From positions 4,768,001-4,832,000 of the forward strand of contig OZ242010.1 of NCBI GenBank assembly GCA_965204745.1: a DNA stretch of 64,000 nucleotides, written 5' to 3'. Within the stretch, counting starts at the first letter, position 1. Every line of letters begins with the position of its first letter. This document shows, piece by piece, positions 39,295 to 50,285 of this stretch. The translations under genes were made by a program, and so were the position numbers. The notes beneath the pieces are model-generated. The model was not told where the DNA came from, searched no databases, and was given only the letters and a program-made list of their open reading frames with translations. The DNA is from Candidatus Latescibacterota bacterium (lineage in GTDB: Bacteria; Latescibacterota; UBA2968).

Positions 39295-40431
39295 GTGGCT
39301 ATCGCACCCCTTCTTTCTCCCGATGCGTTTGAAGGCATTGATGGCATCGCGCATTTGTGTACGGGCGGGGAAGCCCCGTGGCTCAAGCGTCAGGCGCAGG
39401 TCTATGCGGAATTTGCCAAATTCAAGGGCGGGTCGCACAAGGGGCGGGACAAAATTTACGCCCGGGGCGAACGCTGTCGCCAACGCATGGGGCAACTTTG
39501 GGATGTGCCGGCCCATCGCATCGCGTTTATGCCGTCGGCCGCCGAGGGCATGGGCTGGTTTTCCCGGGGATTGGATTGGCAGTGCGGCGACAATGTCGTG
39601 ACCAACGACCTCGAATTTCCGTCTGTGGCTTATGCGTGGAAGCACTTGCGGCCCAAAGGGGTGGAAGTCCGATTGGTGGCGCACAAAAATTGGCGCGTGT
39701 GCGAAGACGACCTCCTCGCGGCGGTGGATGCCCGCACGCGCGTTCTCGCGGTCAGCCATGTGGGGTTCTACACGGGTCAATGCCTGAATCTGGCCCAACT
39801 CTCCGAAGGCGCGAAAAAAAAGGGCGCGTTATTCGCCGTGGATGCCACGCATTCCTCGGGCGTGTTGCGCGTGCCTGCGTACCTGACCGACCTCACGCTG
39901 AGCAGCAGTTACAAATGGCTTTTGGCAACGCACGGCACGGCCCCCTGTTATTTGAGCCAACGCGCAGAAGATCGGGTTGCATCGACCTGCTTTGGCTGGC
40001 ACAATCTCAAGGTCTGGCCCGAACAAACCGCAGAGCGACATCCCGAAGTCGCGGAACAACCCATGCCGGAAAAACTCGAACCCGGCAACCCGGCCATGCA
40101 GGTGATCATGCACTTGGATCACGCATTGGGCGTTCTTTTGGACATCGGGCCAGAGAGAATTGAAACCCACGCGCGCGATCTGTCCGAGCAAGTGTCCGAC
40201 GGGCTTGCGGCATTGGGGTACGAGGTCATTTCCCCGCAGGCCCGAGCGGCGCGTTCTGGCAACACCTGCTTTGCCTGCCGCGACGGTCGCGCATTGGTCA
40301 ACCGCCTCGAAGAGCGCGGCGTTTTGTGCTGGGGCGATTTTGGACGGGTGCGCGTTTCCACGCATTTGTACAATAGCAGCGAGGACGTGACGCGCTTGCT
40401 CGATGCCTTGGCGGATATAACGAAAGGATAA
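39295..40431 (+). CDS. Class V PLP aminotransferase / cysteine desulfurase-like
   Basis: DLEFPS, VDATH, SSYKWL, RVSTHLYN; GTG start after AAGGAG. Confidence 0.85.
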   Translation: MAIAPLLSPDAFEGIDGIAHLCTGGEAPWLKRQAQVYAEFAKFKGGSHKGRDKIYARGERCRQRMGQLWDVPAHRIAFMPSAAEGMGWFSRGLDWQCGDNVVTNDLEFPSVAYAWKHLRPKGVEVRLVAHKNWRVCEDDLLAAVDARTRVLAVSHVGFYTGQCLNLAQLSEGAKKKGALFAVDATHSSGVLRVPAYLTDLTLSSSYKWLLATHGTAPCYLSQRAEDRVASTCFGWHNLKVWPEQTAERHPEVAEQPMPEKLEPGNPAMQVIMHLDHALGVLLDIGPERIETHARDLSEQVSDGLAALGYEVISPQARAARSGNTCFACRDGRALVNRLEERGVLCWGDFGRVRVSTHLYNSSEDVTRLLDALADITKG

Positions 40432-40434
40432 ACC

Positions 40435-41265
40435 ATGATGAAATTGGGCTGTATGTCTCTGAGTTACAAAGACCAGTTCAGCGCGGGCAAACTCGATCTG
40501 GCGGGTTTTCTCGACAAAGCGGGCGAGCTGCGTCTGGATGGCGTTGACATTCACACGCGCGCCTTTGCGGCTGATGACCCCGCTTATTTGCGGGATATTC
40601 GCATGCGTTGCCTCAAGCGCGGTCTGGCGATTTCGTACATTGGCGTGAGCAACAACTTTGGCAGGCCCCAAGAGGAATTGCCCGACGTGGTTGCCGATGT
40701 CAAGCACTGGGTCGATGTCGCGGCATTTATGGGCGTTCCCCTGGTGCGTATTTTTGCCGCGTGGATTCCCGAAGGCGAACCCGAAGAACAGGTGTGGGCG
40801 CGCATGATCCCCTGCATGCAGGAGGTCGCGGAATACGGCGCGGAAAAGGGCGTCGTCTTGGGTTTGCACAACCACAACCACGGCTGCGTCACGCGCACGG
40901 GCAAAGAGGTGCGAAAAATTCTCGAGCTGGTCGATAACCCCTACTTGTCGCACATTCTCGACACCGGGCAATACATCGGCTCTCCGGGCGCGAGCGGTCA
41001 ACGCGGGAAAGAAGACCCCGCCCTGAATTTCTACGGCAGCATCGCGGAAACCGCCCCCCTGGCCGTGCATGTGCGTGCGAAAATCTACCGCATCACAACC
41101 GGCGAAGAAGCCTGGTTGAACTACCCGCGCATTTTCGAGATTTTGAACGGCGTGAATTACAATGGATGGGTGTCAATCGTGTATGAAGGCCAAGACGCCG
41201 AGGCGGAGGAAACCGCGGTCCCCAAAGCGGTCAACTATCTGCGGCAATTCGCGCCGGGCGCGTAA
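40435..41265 (+). CDS. Sugar phosphate isomerase/epimerase (AP endonuclease 2 TIM barrel)
   Basis: LGLHNH, LDTG, HVRAK, YNGWVSIVYEG. Confidence 0.85.
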   Translation: MMKLGCMSLSYKDQFSAGKLDLAGFLDKAGELRLDGVDIHTRAFAADDPAYLRDIRMRCLKRGLAISYIGVSNNFGRPQEELPDVVADVKHWVDVAAFMGVPLVRIFAAWIPEGEPEEQVWARMIPCMQEVAEYGAEKGVVLGLHNHNHGCVTRTGKEVRKILELVDNPYLSHILDTGQYIGSPGASGQRGKEDPALNFYGSIAETAPLAVHVRAKIYRITTGEEAWLNYPRIFEILNGVNYNGWVSIVYEGQDAEAEETAVPKAVNYLRQFAPGA

Positions 41266-41331
41266 AGACGGGTTATACTTGTGCATACATCATTTTGACG
41301 TATGATTTGAAAATGGAAAAAGTCCTAAAAC

Positions 41332-41706
41332 ATGAGTACTAAAGGACACTACGGGATTGCCGAGTTGGAGCGCGATTTTGGATGTCTGACATTTGGAAAC
41401 GCGCTGGCGAGCTATCGCATGGGTCAAGAAAAGAGCCAGAGCGCATTTGCTACTTTTTTGGGCATTTCGCCACAAAGCCTTTGCGAACTAGAAAAAGAAC
41501 GAACAATCCCAAGCCCCAACAAGGCAGCAAAAATTGCCAGAAAACTCGGAGAGCCAGAAAATTTTTGGGTTCAACTTGCGTTGCGAGATAGGCTTCGGCA
41601 AAAAAAGTTGAACTCGGTTGTTTCCACACACAAAACAAAAGCCCGGGTTCTCAATGAACTCGGGCTTTTGTTTTTTAACACGCGGTCTGCGACTAAATTG
41701 CATTGA
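41332..41706 (+). CDS. XRE/HigA-like HTH protein; 3' end probably disrupted
   Basis: SQSAFATFLGISPQSLCELEK..PS...AAKIA. The ORF tail runs through a terminator hairpin. Confidence 0.7.
   Translation: MSTKGHYGIAELERDFGCLTFGNALASYRMGQEKSQSAFATFLGISPQSLCELEKERTIPSPNKAAKIARKLGEPENFWVQLALRDRLRQKKLNSVVSTHKTKARVLNELGLLFFNTRSATKLH
41632..41676. terminator. Bidirectional terminator-like hairpin
   Basis: AAAACAAAAGCCCGGGTTC...GAACTCGGGCTTTTGTTTT. Confidence 0.75.
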
Positions 41707-41805
41707 AGATTCAGAGGAGGTTCTTCCCCGCTTGCTGGAAGAACCTCCCTGTTTTATTTTATGCGGGCTGAAAGCCATCATGCCACTTTTGCCGCGAGTA
41801 TCAAG

Positions 41806-43350
41806 ATGATGAAAAATATCAACCCTCATTCCTCTCATCGCGTGCGTCTTGGCGGGCACTTGCCATGCCTATCAACTCGTTGGGACAGAGGCATTGTCGG
41901 AAGAACTCGTCGCTCGGCATTACACCATCAACCCCAATCTCGATGTTGTCATTGTCGTGGATAGAACCATCCCGACTTTTGAGTACCAGACCTTCTATTG
42001 CGCTGGCTCGGCAGATGAAGCGGAGGGACAACAGGGGCGGATACACTTTTTAGAGCATATCATGTCGGATACTGGTAGCTATGAACCGGGGGAACTCAAC
42101 CAGATCATCGGAATACAGCGGATCGATAATGGCGGTCAAAACTATGCTTTTACAACCATCCATTTTATGCTCGGCATTTTACGCGCTTCAGACTGCGATT
42201 TCCAAAGGATAAGTTCGATTTTGCCGTTGAGATAGACCGCGACAGATTTTATAATACAGTCATCAATGAGGAAGTTGTCAAACACCAAAAAAAGATCATC
42301 CTGACAGAAAGAAGCCGCAATGTAGCAAATATAAACAGGCAATTTACTGATTATTTTTTTGACTTAATCTACAAGAAAAAACAGTTGTCATATATTGGCA
42401 CAGAGGCATTTATCAAACAACTCGAACCTGATGATTTGAAAGCGTATTACGAGAATTTCCTGCGCTTGCAAAAGAGATTGATCGTCATCATCGGCGATGT
42501 GGAGGTCGACCATGTTCTTGCGAAACTGGACGAGGCTTATGGACATGAACAAACGCTACACAAACCGGCGAACGAATTGCACGCGCCTCAATTTCTCAAT
42601 CGAGACGTGCTGGGCAAAAAGTTCAAACGCACTTCAAAAAATCTCAGTGTTGGCAAATTCAGGAAAAGTTGGTACACACCGAGTTTAGGCCATCGTGACT
42701 ATGCGGGACTGCTCATTCTGGGACGCATGTTGAACAACCCCTCAAATTCCCTGCGGTCTTCTGTGGTCGATTCTGGGCTTGCACATGTTTTTAAGGTGGA
42801 ACTCATCGATTACAAAGGATTTGGTCTGACGAGTTGCAAAGCAGACTCGCCTCCTGACATTTCCGTAGAGGGTATAGAGAACGCTATCCAAACAAAATTA
42901 GAGGAGATCAAAACGCAGGGTATCTCTGAAGATGAATTTACCGCGGCCCAAAACCAGCAGTTGAAAGCGATGTATTCCGCATTTTACAATCGGTCAAACA
43001 TGGCTTATTCATTTGGCCGAACATTCGCCCACACCGACGATCCAATGCTGTATCCGAAATTGATCAAAGACCTCAAATCCATTCACAGAGAAGACATCCC
43101 GCGCATCATCGATCAATACCTGACGAATGACAACTCGATAACCCTCTCCCTAACGTTAGAACTAAAAAAGTCAACACCAAAAAAGAGAACTGCGTTACGC
43201 TCTATAATCGTAGCATCGACATTGGTAGGTTTTCTAACGCTGTTGGGATGTTTTGTCGCGCTGTTGGTATGGGGCATAAGAAGATTACGCAGGAAGTTTT
43301 CCCGAAAAGCGATCACGGATGAAATGGATGCCGCGGACGAACGCGAATGA
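41806..43350 (+). pseudogene. Frameshifted M16 (insulinase-like) Zn peptidase, catalytic subunit, with C-terminal TM anchor
   Basis: HFLEH (HxxEH) in the 41849 frame. The signal peptide is out of frame with the ATG at an A5 run (41812-41816). A second shift near 42170 leads into the open frame of the 42385 ORF. Confidence 0.78.
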
Positions 43351-43363
43351 AAGGCGAAAGGCG

Positions 43364-44716
43364 ATGAATGTATTTCTAAAAGCGATGCTTCGCTTTGCCC
43401 TGTGTTACGCGGTTGGCGTCCTCCCCGCTTCTGCGGACATACCCAATCACCACATTTTTTATCGCAGTGATAAGCGTGCGCCATTGACTAAAATTGAGAT
43501 CGTCTTCCTCGGCGCGGGGAGCAACCAAGAACAGCCTTCTCAAACCGGGCTTGCACAAACAGTCGCAAAGTTGTTTGAGGAGGTTGCGAAAAAACAGGGG
43601 TACTGGAAGCAACTAGAAACATTAGGTACAAGTCTATATCTCTCTACCCATTTCTCATACCAGAAGATAGTCATCGATGGTCTGTCCGAACACTGCGCCA
43701 AGTCCATAGAAATCGTCCGCGATCTCATCTATGATCTCGAGTTTTCTGACTTCGACTTGCAAGATGCCAAAAAACAGAAGGCTACCGATTACCGGAATGA
43801 TCTTAGAAAAAGAACCTCTCTTTTTATGAAGAATTTTGCACTTGCACAAACCAATAGGATAGAGAAGTACGGTGAGCACAAGCCCTTAAAAACGGTCGAG
43901 AATCTCTCGTTAGCGGACATCAGACAATACGCCGATCTGCTTCTGAAAACAGAGGTGGTGTTTTTCAAGGTGATCTCCGACCGCGATTCCACTGAAGTCG
44001 CACAGTTGCTCCGTCCACTTATGGAAGAACGGCAGACGGGCGGGTTTGTGCATTCATTGGCGCGAGCAACAACGGATTCTAAAGTTGGCCCTACGGCGTT
44101 TGTCTTTACGAATTACGAACACTCAAAAAACACCTTCTGTTATTGGGTGATCCCCTGTGGCAGTGTCGGTGAAGAAAATTACATTCCAAATATGATTTCT
44201 AGGACGCTCGGGCAGTATGGCACTCCGCGATTGCTCTACAAATATTTCCGAGAAGAGTTGGGATTGGTCTATGGTATTCAGTGTGATTATAGCTCGACAG
44301 AAAACATCAGATATATCGAAATTTACGCCGATCCTCAACTTCATAACAGCGAAGAGTTGATACGAAGATTATCGGAATTTCTCCTCAGACTGCCCGACGA
44401 TTCGCGCTTTTGGGATGGCATTCAGGAGTTGCGCGAAAGTCGCAATGTCGCCTATGCCCATGTCCATGAACAACTGACACCGCAACGCAGACTGGCTAAT
44501 GAAGTACATGGTGCCATTTACAACCCGCCAAGTCGCGAAGGCGGCTACAAGTCGGTCACCGATGAAGAGGTGCGCGCCTTCCTCGAAAAATACTTTGTCT
44601 CGCAGAATCTCATCATGATCTTCGTCGGTCCTAAGGATCACGTTATCGACATCCTGAATACCCAATGGCCCGAAGCCGAGGTTCATGTGCAAAGCGTGCA
44701 GAGCTTGATCGAGTGA
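43364..44716 (+). CDS. M16 peptidase non-catalytic partner subunit, exported
   Basis: Signal peptide; no HxxEH (GLAQTVAKL); RLLYKYFREELGLVYG R/Y motif. Confidence 0.78.
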   Translation: MNVFLKAMLRFALCYAVGVLPASADIPNHHIFYRSDKRAPLTKIEIVFLGAGSNQEQPSQTGLAQTVAKLFEEVAKKQGYWKQLETLGTSLYLSTHFSYQKIVIDGLSEHCAKSIEIVRDLIYDLEFSDFDLQDAKKQKATDYRNDLRKRTSLFMKNFALAQTNRIEKYGEHKPLKTVENLSLADIRQYADLLLKTEVVFFKVISDRDSTEVAQLLRPLMEERQTGGFVHSLARATTDSKVGPTAFVFTNYEHSKNTFCYWVIPCGSVGEENYIPNMISRTLGQYGTPRLLYKYFREELGLVYGIQCDYSSTENIRYIEIYADPQLHNSEELIRRLSEFLLRLPDDSRFWDGIQELRESRNVAYAHVHEQLTPQRRLANEVHGAIYNPPSREGGYKSVTDEEVRAFLEKYFVSQNLIMIFVGPKDHVIDILNTQWPEAEVHVQSVQSLIE

Positions 44717-44930
44717 TATAGCCGTATTCAGAATTTGTGACGACATCAGCTACGACAGCACCCATAGTTTGGATTGGAAGGTGGCAAAACAACTGCGGGA
44801 GATCCTCCTCGGTTCGTCAGAGAGCAATTAGCCCGTCCAGTCCTCGTTACCTTTTCGCGTTTTGCCTCTTGGTGACGAAAACCCGCAGGGCGCAATAAAG
44901 CGCGATAACCACTGACAGGAGGAACCGGCT

Positions 44931-45533
44931 GTGGAAGTTATTATTATTTTTTCTATTGCCATCATCTTAGTCATTGGCATTGGTGGTCGATGGGCAAAGA
45001 ATGCCTTTGGTTGCTGTTGCCACGAGTGTGGCTCCAAAATGCAGCCATTTGAAAAATTATCCGATGGCGACAAGTCCGATATTCTGGCGTACTTCAGGCG
45101 TTTTGAGGATCGTGAGCCAGACGAGGATGGCATTTTCGCATGCCCTAATTGTCTGCTTGTGTACGACGATTTTTCGGGTGAAAAGCGAACGATGGATGGG
45201 GACGAGAAGTCGTTCTGCAAGGTGTGCAACTCTCCAGGTGTATCGTATATCGGCCCCATGGTGGCTTCTGGCGAGTTGGGCGAATTTCAGAAACGCAACA
45301 AAAACGCAATTGACCAAATCGAGTGCCTGCGATGCCAGAGAAAGCCTTTGGGCGTTTGGGACTGTGTCCCATGCGACACAGAGAACAAAATAACGGCTTG
45401 CCGCCGTTGCTATTCGATCTATGCTCAGATGCATGTGAATGGAAGTCGATACAGATTTCAGGTCCTGCTTTCGGACAAGGGCGTAATAAAAAAATCCCCG
45501 GACTCAAGGTGGGGAGTTTTTGAAGCCGAGTAA
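44931..45533 (+). CDS. Membrane-anchored protein with six CxxC motifs
   Basis: AGGAGG plus GTG start; N-terminal TM; CHEC, CPNC, CKVC, CLRC, CVPC, CRRC. Confidence 0.7.
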   Translation: MEVIIIFSIAIILVIGIGGRWAKNAFGCCCHECGSKMQPFEKLSDGDKSDILAYFRRFEDREPDEDGIFACPNCLLVYDDFSGEKRTMDGDEKSFCKVCNSPGVSYIGPMVASGELGEFQKRNKNAIDQIECLRCQRKPLGVWDCVPCDTENKITACRRCYSIYAQMHVNGSRYRFQVLLSDKGVIKKSPDSRWGVFEAE

Positions 45534-45569
45534 CCGGCCACATGCAAAGCGAGTTGAAGCAAAAGGATG

Positions 45570-45601
45570 CGAACCTGAAGTTTTCTTCGGGTTCGTTTTT
45601 T
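45570..45601 (+). terminator. Rho-independent terminator-like hairpin
   Basis: CGAACCTGAAG-TTTT-CTTCGGGTTCG followed by T6. Confidence 0.7.
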
Positions 45602-45619
45602 GATTCCCTTGGGAACATC

Positions 45620-47975
45620 ATGAAACGAACCGATCTATACGCCTTTCTGAAACCGCACGCCGAGGAAGTGCGGGTCGATCTCGGAGAGGTTTTGTTTTTG
45701 CAAGGCGATCCCGGGGATTGCTTTTACTACGTCGTCTCTGGACAACTCAGAGCTTTCACGAGAGGCGACGACAATCAGGTGCAGACCTTGGGCTATCTCT
45801 TTCCGGGCGACCACTGCGGCGAAGGTGCGTTGGTCACGGGCAACCCGCACCGGGCGACGGTTCGAGCGGTCGACCCCTCAACCGTGCTGAAAATCTCGCA
45901 CAGCGGCTTTCGCGCCCTCGCAGCGGAACATCGGGAACTGATCCCTTACCTGCGCGATCAAGTCCGCGACATCGCTTATCGGAACTTCACGAAATGCTTA
46001 CAATTGGACATCGTCAACCTCCGAGAGGGCATGCAACTTTTCTTTCAGAGTCTGGAGAGAACGGTCATTGCCGCGGGCCAAAAAGTGGTCTTAAAGGGTG
46101 AACCGACGAAAGGTCTGTACCTCGTTGGCCGCGGCGCCTTGCGATTGACCGCGTCTGGGCAACCCGCCAAAATGCACGAGGCGGGCGACTTTTTTCGCGG
46201 CGTATCAGCACCCGATCAAATCGCCCTAGAAACAGAAACCGAAGTGGTCCTTTACGCACTCTCGCATGCCGACTTTGCCCGAGTACTCGAAAAAGCACCG
46301 CAGATCATTCGGGTTTTCGAAGAGAACGAGAAAAATGAACCCGAACCCGAGGCATTGCCCCAAAATGGTCGGGTCAACATGCTAAAAATTGAGCCGGAGC
46401 AACGCATTGCGGATCAAAGCCCGCGAAAATTGCGAGACTATATCGCGTTTCCCTACATCAAGCAACACGATGAAACCGATTGCGGCGCGGCCTGCCTCGG
46501 CATGATCTGTCAGTATTACGGGCTATCTATCGGCCTCAACCGCCTGCGGGATATGGCCAATGTCTCGCGGGAGGGCACATCCCTGTCCGCGCTTGCCGAA
46601 GCCGCTGAAAATTTGGGCTTTTTGGCGCGTGGCGTGCGAGTCGGATACGAAGAACTCGGGAATAGGGACCTGCCGCTCATCGCGCATTGGGAAGGCTATC
46701 ATTTTGTCGTTCTGTTTCGAGTCAATTCAAAATACGCTTGGATCGCCGATCCCGCCCTTGGGCGCAGAAAAATCTCCCGCAAAGAATTTGAGGAAAAGTG
46801 GTCCAATCTCGCCCTGATGCTCGACTACACGGAAAAGGTCTCGAGATCTCGGCAAAGGAGATCCACATTCAGGCGGTTTTTTCCATTTGCCCGTCCCTAT
46901 TTCGGTATCCTCGCCGAAATCATGATCGCATCCCTCGTCCTCAGCCTGTTCGGTCTCGCCTCCCCCTTGTTCACGCAGATGATCCTCGATCAAGTGCTCG
47001 TCCACCAAGATACCCGCCTGCTCAACCTCTTGCTGATGGGCATGATCATGATCGCCTTATTTCGCATCGCCACCTCTGCTTTGCGGAATTATCTGATCGG
47101 CTATGTGGGGGCGCGGATTAGCATCTCGATGTTGTCGCATATTTACCACCATCTCCTCCGGTTGCCCATGCGATTTTTCGCCCTCCGCAGAACCGGTGAA
47201 ATCATGACGCGATTCCGAGAGAGCGAGTATTTGAGGAGCCTCTTGACGGAAACGGCCATTTCAGCGGTCTTAGATGCGATCATGATCGTCGTCTATTTGG
47301 GCTTGATGTTCTATTACCACACCTCGATGACCTTTTGGGTTTTGGCGTTCATACCGATCAGCGTTGTCCTCACCCTCATCTACACGCCCATTCTCAAATC
47401 CATCAACCAGCGGTCTTTTCTCGCACGCTCGGAATGGTCATCTGTGCTGATCGATTCCCTGCGCGGCGTTGAAGTCATCAAAACACTAGCATTTGCAAGA
47501 ACCCATCATGTTCAATGCCACCATAGCGGAAAATATCGCCTTGGGGATCAAAGATGTCGATATGGACCGTCTGATTGAAGTTTCCAAACTCGCTTGCGCC
47601 CACGATTTTATTCAAGACTTGCCAATGGGTTACGAAACCAAAATTCGGGAACAGGGGGTCGGGCTTTCCGGCGGTCAGCGGCAACGCTTGTCCATCGCAC
47701 GAGCACTGTATGGCGACCCCAAAATTCTCATCTTTGACGAAGCGACAAATGCGTTGGATTCAGAGTCTGAGCAGGCGATACAGGAAGGGTTAGACGGCAT
47801 GTTGGAAGGCAAAACCGCGTTTATCATCGCACACCGATTGAGCACGGTCAAAGATGCGGATTTGATCATCGTCTTGGACGATGGCAATATTGTTGAGCGG
47901 GGAACGCACGATACGCTCATCGCGGAAAAAGGGCTTTATTACGCGCTCTCAGGCCAACAATTGCAGGTTGTGTAA
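45620..47975 (+). pseudogene. cNMP-binding + C39 peptidase ABC exporter (HlyB/PCAT type) with an internal deletion
   Basis: cNMP domain(s); QHDETDCGAACL..HWEGYHFVV..IADP. The TMD breaks after GVEVIKTLA and joins out of frame to QEPIMF..LSGGQRQR..IFDEAT. No Walker A. Confidence 0.85.
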
Positions 47976-47995
47976 AGCGGTGTGCCCATCCCACA

Positions 47996-49348
47996 ATGAC
48001 CTACGGAGTTCCAATGGCTGAATCTCAAATTGAAAAACCGCTTGAGAACGAAGTTGATTTGGCCGAGAGCACAATTGAATTTTTAGGGTCTTTACATCCG
48101 TTTTTTAGCCGTGCGCTGATTTATCTCTTGTTGCTTTTTATCGCGCTAACACTGGCTTGGGCATGGTACGGTCAGGTGGATATCGTCGCAACGGCCCCAT
48201 TTCGTCTGGTGCCCTTGGGAAAAGTTCAAAACATCCAAGCCCCGCGTTCGGGTGAGATCCAAAAAATCGCCATCGCTTCGGGAGATCGCATTGTCGAGAG
48301 ACAGATATTATTTCGGCTCCACTCACGAGAAACACTCCAAGAGTTCCGCGAATTGGAACAGGCAGAAATCGCTTTTAAGCAAGCTGAATTTGATTTGCAA
48401 CAAACCTTGGCAAAAAAAAGAGTTTTGGCAAAGGAGACCATTTCGGCCATCGAGCATCGCGTGCGCGTCATGCAAACAGTCATGCAGACTTACAACGAAG
48501 CACTTGGAAACCATGTTGAAACGCGGGACACAACATCCCATACACCCGATCTCGAGATGGAAATTCAGTTCCGATCTGCCGAAGTAGAACACTTGAAACA
48601 GCGATATGAACAGAACCAAAAATTGTACGAGAAAAGACTCATCAGCCTTGCTACACGCAACGAAGCCAAGGTTCGCTATCTCGGCGCGTTGGCAGAACTG
48701 CCCGCACGGATGGCTGAAATCAACCGCTATGAGGTTTCCCTCAAGGAATTAAGACGCCAAATTTTAGAAGAACAACTCGAAATTGAACGCACGGCGGCCA
48801 ACTTCCAAAATGCTTATGACATTGCATCGGTCAGACTTAAAAGAGCGAAACAAACCGTGAATCGATCCGTGGATGCGGATCTCGATCTCATTCTCGCTCC
48901 CGAAGCGGGCGTTGTAACGCAAGTTCTGGTCAATACCCCTGGGCAGGTGGTCAACAAGGGCCAGACACTGGTAACCATCGCCCCGGCGTCAACCCCGATA
49001 GTGGCCGAAGCCTTAATCTCGAATAAAGATGTCGGGTTGCTGACCTCTGGACAAAAGGTGAAGCTCAAATTCGAGGCATTTCCGTTTCAGGATTACGGCG
49101 TCCAATACGGTTATTTGAGGCAAATTTCCCCCGATGCAATGAGCGATGCGCTTTCGGGGACCGTGTTTAGAGGGATTATCGACTTGGAGAAGACGACCCT
49201 CCAGGTCCACGGCGAGGAGAAAGCGTTCATGTTTGGCATGAAAGGCACGGCTGAAATCATAACAGATCGCCAGTCCATTTTGATGCTCGCGCTCAAACCG
49301 TTGCGACAGTTGCGCGAGTTGACCGCGTTTTCTCCAAAGGCAGAGTAG
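47996..49348 (+). CDS. HlyD family membrane fusion protein
   Basis: N-terminal TM, coiled coil, GQKVKLKFEAFPFQDYG, ISPDA, GMKGTAEI. Confidence 0.9.
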   Translation: MTYGVPMAESQIEKPLENEVDLAESTIEFLGSLHPFFSRALIYLLLLFIALTLAWAWYGQVDIVATAPFRLVPLGKVQNIQAPRSGEIQKIAIASGDRIVERQILFRLHSRETLQEFRELEQAEIAFKQAEFDLQQTLAKKRVLAKETISAIEHRVRVMQTVMQTYNEALGNHVETRDTTSHTPDLEMEIQFRSAEVEHLKQRYEQNQKLYEKRLISLATRNEAKVRYLGALAELPARMAEINRYEVSLKELRRQILEEQLEIERTAANFQNAYDIASVRLKRAKQTVNRSVDADLDLILAPEAGVVTQVLVNTPGQVVNKGQTLVTIAPASTPIVAEALISNKDVGLLTSGQKVKLKFEAFPFQDYGVQYGYLRQISPDAMSDALSGTVFRGIIDLEKTTLQVHGEEKAFMFGMKGTAEIITDRQSILMLALKPLRQLRELTAFSPKAE

Positions 49349-50167
49349 ATGGCAATTGATCCCGTTTTAATAGAGATAAACGGAACCTGTGTGCGTTTGT
49401 CCCACATCGTCAAATCGATGCGGGCGGCGGGCAAGGACAACTTGCACGATCTTTTTACGCAACGCTGTTTGGTCTTTCAGATTGCTCAGCGAGAAAACAT
49501 TGCGGTTTCCCGAGATGAACTGCAAAACAGAATGGATCAATGGCGGTACAAGAACAGATTGGAAAGCGTGGCGGATACGGAACGCTGGCTTTCGCAACGC
49601 CATATCTCCTTTGCCGATATGGCACTGGAAATTGAGTACCAGATTCTCCAAGAACGGCTAAAAGCACAAATCACCTCGGAACAGATTCACGCTTATTTTG
49701 GAACCCGAAAACTGGCGTTTGAACGTCGGGAAATATGTTGGATCACGGTCGATGAAATGGATATTGCCGAAGAGATTGCAACGCAAGCAAGGGACTATGG
49801 GCGAGATTTTCACGGCCTCGCACGCCAATATTCGCTCGATGAAAACACGCGGCCTGCCAGCGGGTATCTCGGTTGCCTGACGCGGCGGGATTTGCCCCCT
49901 GCTATTGCGTCCTTACTCTTTGCGGCTGATGTGGGCGAGGTGATTGGCCCCATAAAAATCTCCTCCCATTATGAACGGGAGGAGAAAGGCTACGCGCTAT
50001 ACTATGTTCAACGCCATTGTGCCGCCGTGCTCGATGCCCCCACAAAAGCGCGTTGTGTGCAAGAACTCTACCAACTGCGCTTGAGGCGCGAAGCGAAACG
50101 CAGTCACATAGCGTATCCGTTCTTAAATTCGATCTGCACAGAACACCGCTTCCCCAAGAGAATTTGA
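49349..50167 (+). CDS. PpiC/parvulin-like peptidyl-prolyl isomerase of the type found beside PCAT/T1SS exporters
   Basis: DFHGLARQYS.D....SGYLG...R.DLP.......GEVIGPI. Confidence 0.8.
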   Translation: MAIDPVLIEINGTCVRLSHIVKSMRAAGKDNLHDLFTQRCLVFQIAQRENIAVSRDELQNRMDQWRYKNRLESVADTERWLSQRHISFADMALEIEYQILQERLKAQITSEQIHAYFGTRKLAFERREICWITVDEMDIAEEIATQARDYGRDFHGLARQYSLDENTRPASGYLGCLTRRDLPPAIASLLFAADVGEVIGPIKISSHYEREEKGYALYYVQRHCAAVLDAPTKARCVQELYQLRLRREAKRSHIAYPFLNSICTEHRFPKRI

Positions 50168-50285
50168 TGGCCCAACGCTGGATGATGCGATGGGGATCGA
50201 TAAACGCGAGTCGCGCTTGGGAAAATGAGACATGGTGTTTGGACTGATCGATGCTGTCCTTTTGGGGATCCCATTCGAAGTTCAT
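50165..50285 (-). pseudogene. Truncated BrnT-family toxin (5' part)
   Basis: MNFEWDPQK....SKHHVSFSQARLAF.DPHRII; similarity ends at the island edge. Confidence 0.75.

Noticed and set aside
47493-47578. Programmed frameshift joining the two ABC exporter ORFs
   Set aside because: Even if rejoined, the product lacks Walker A and part of the TMD; a deletion explains it better.
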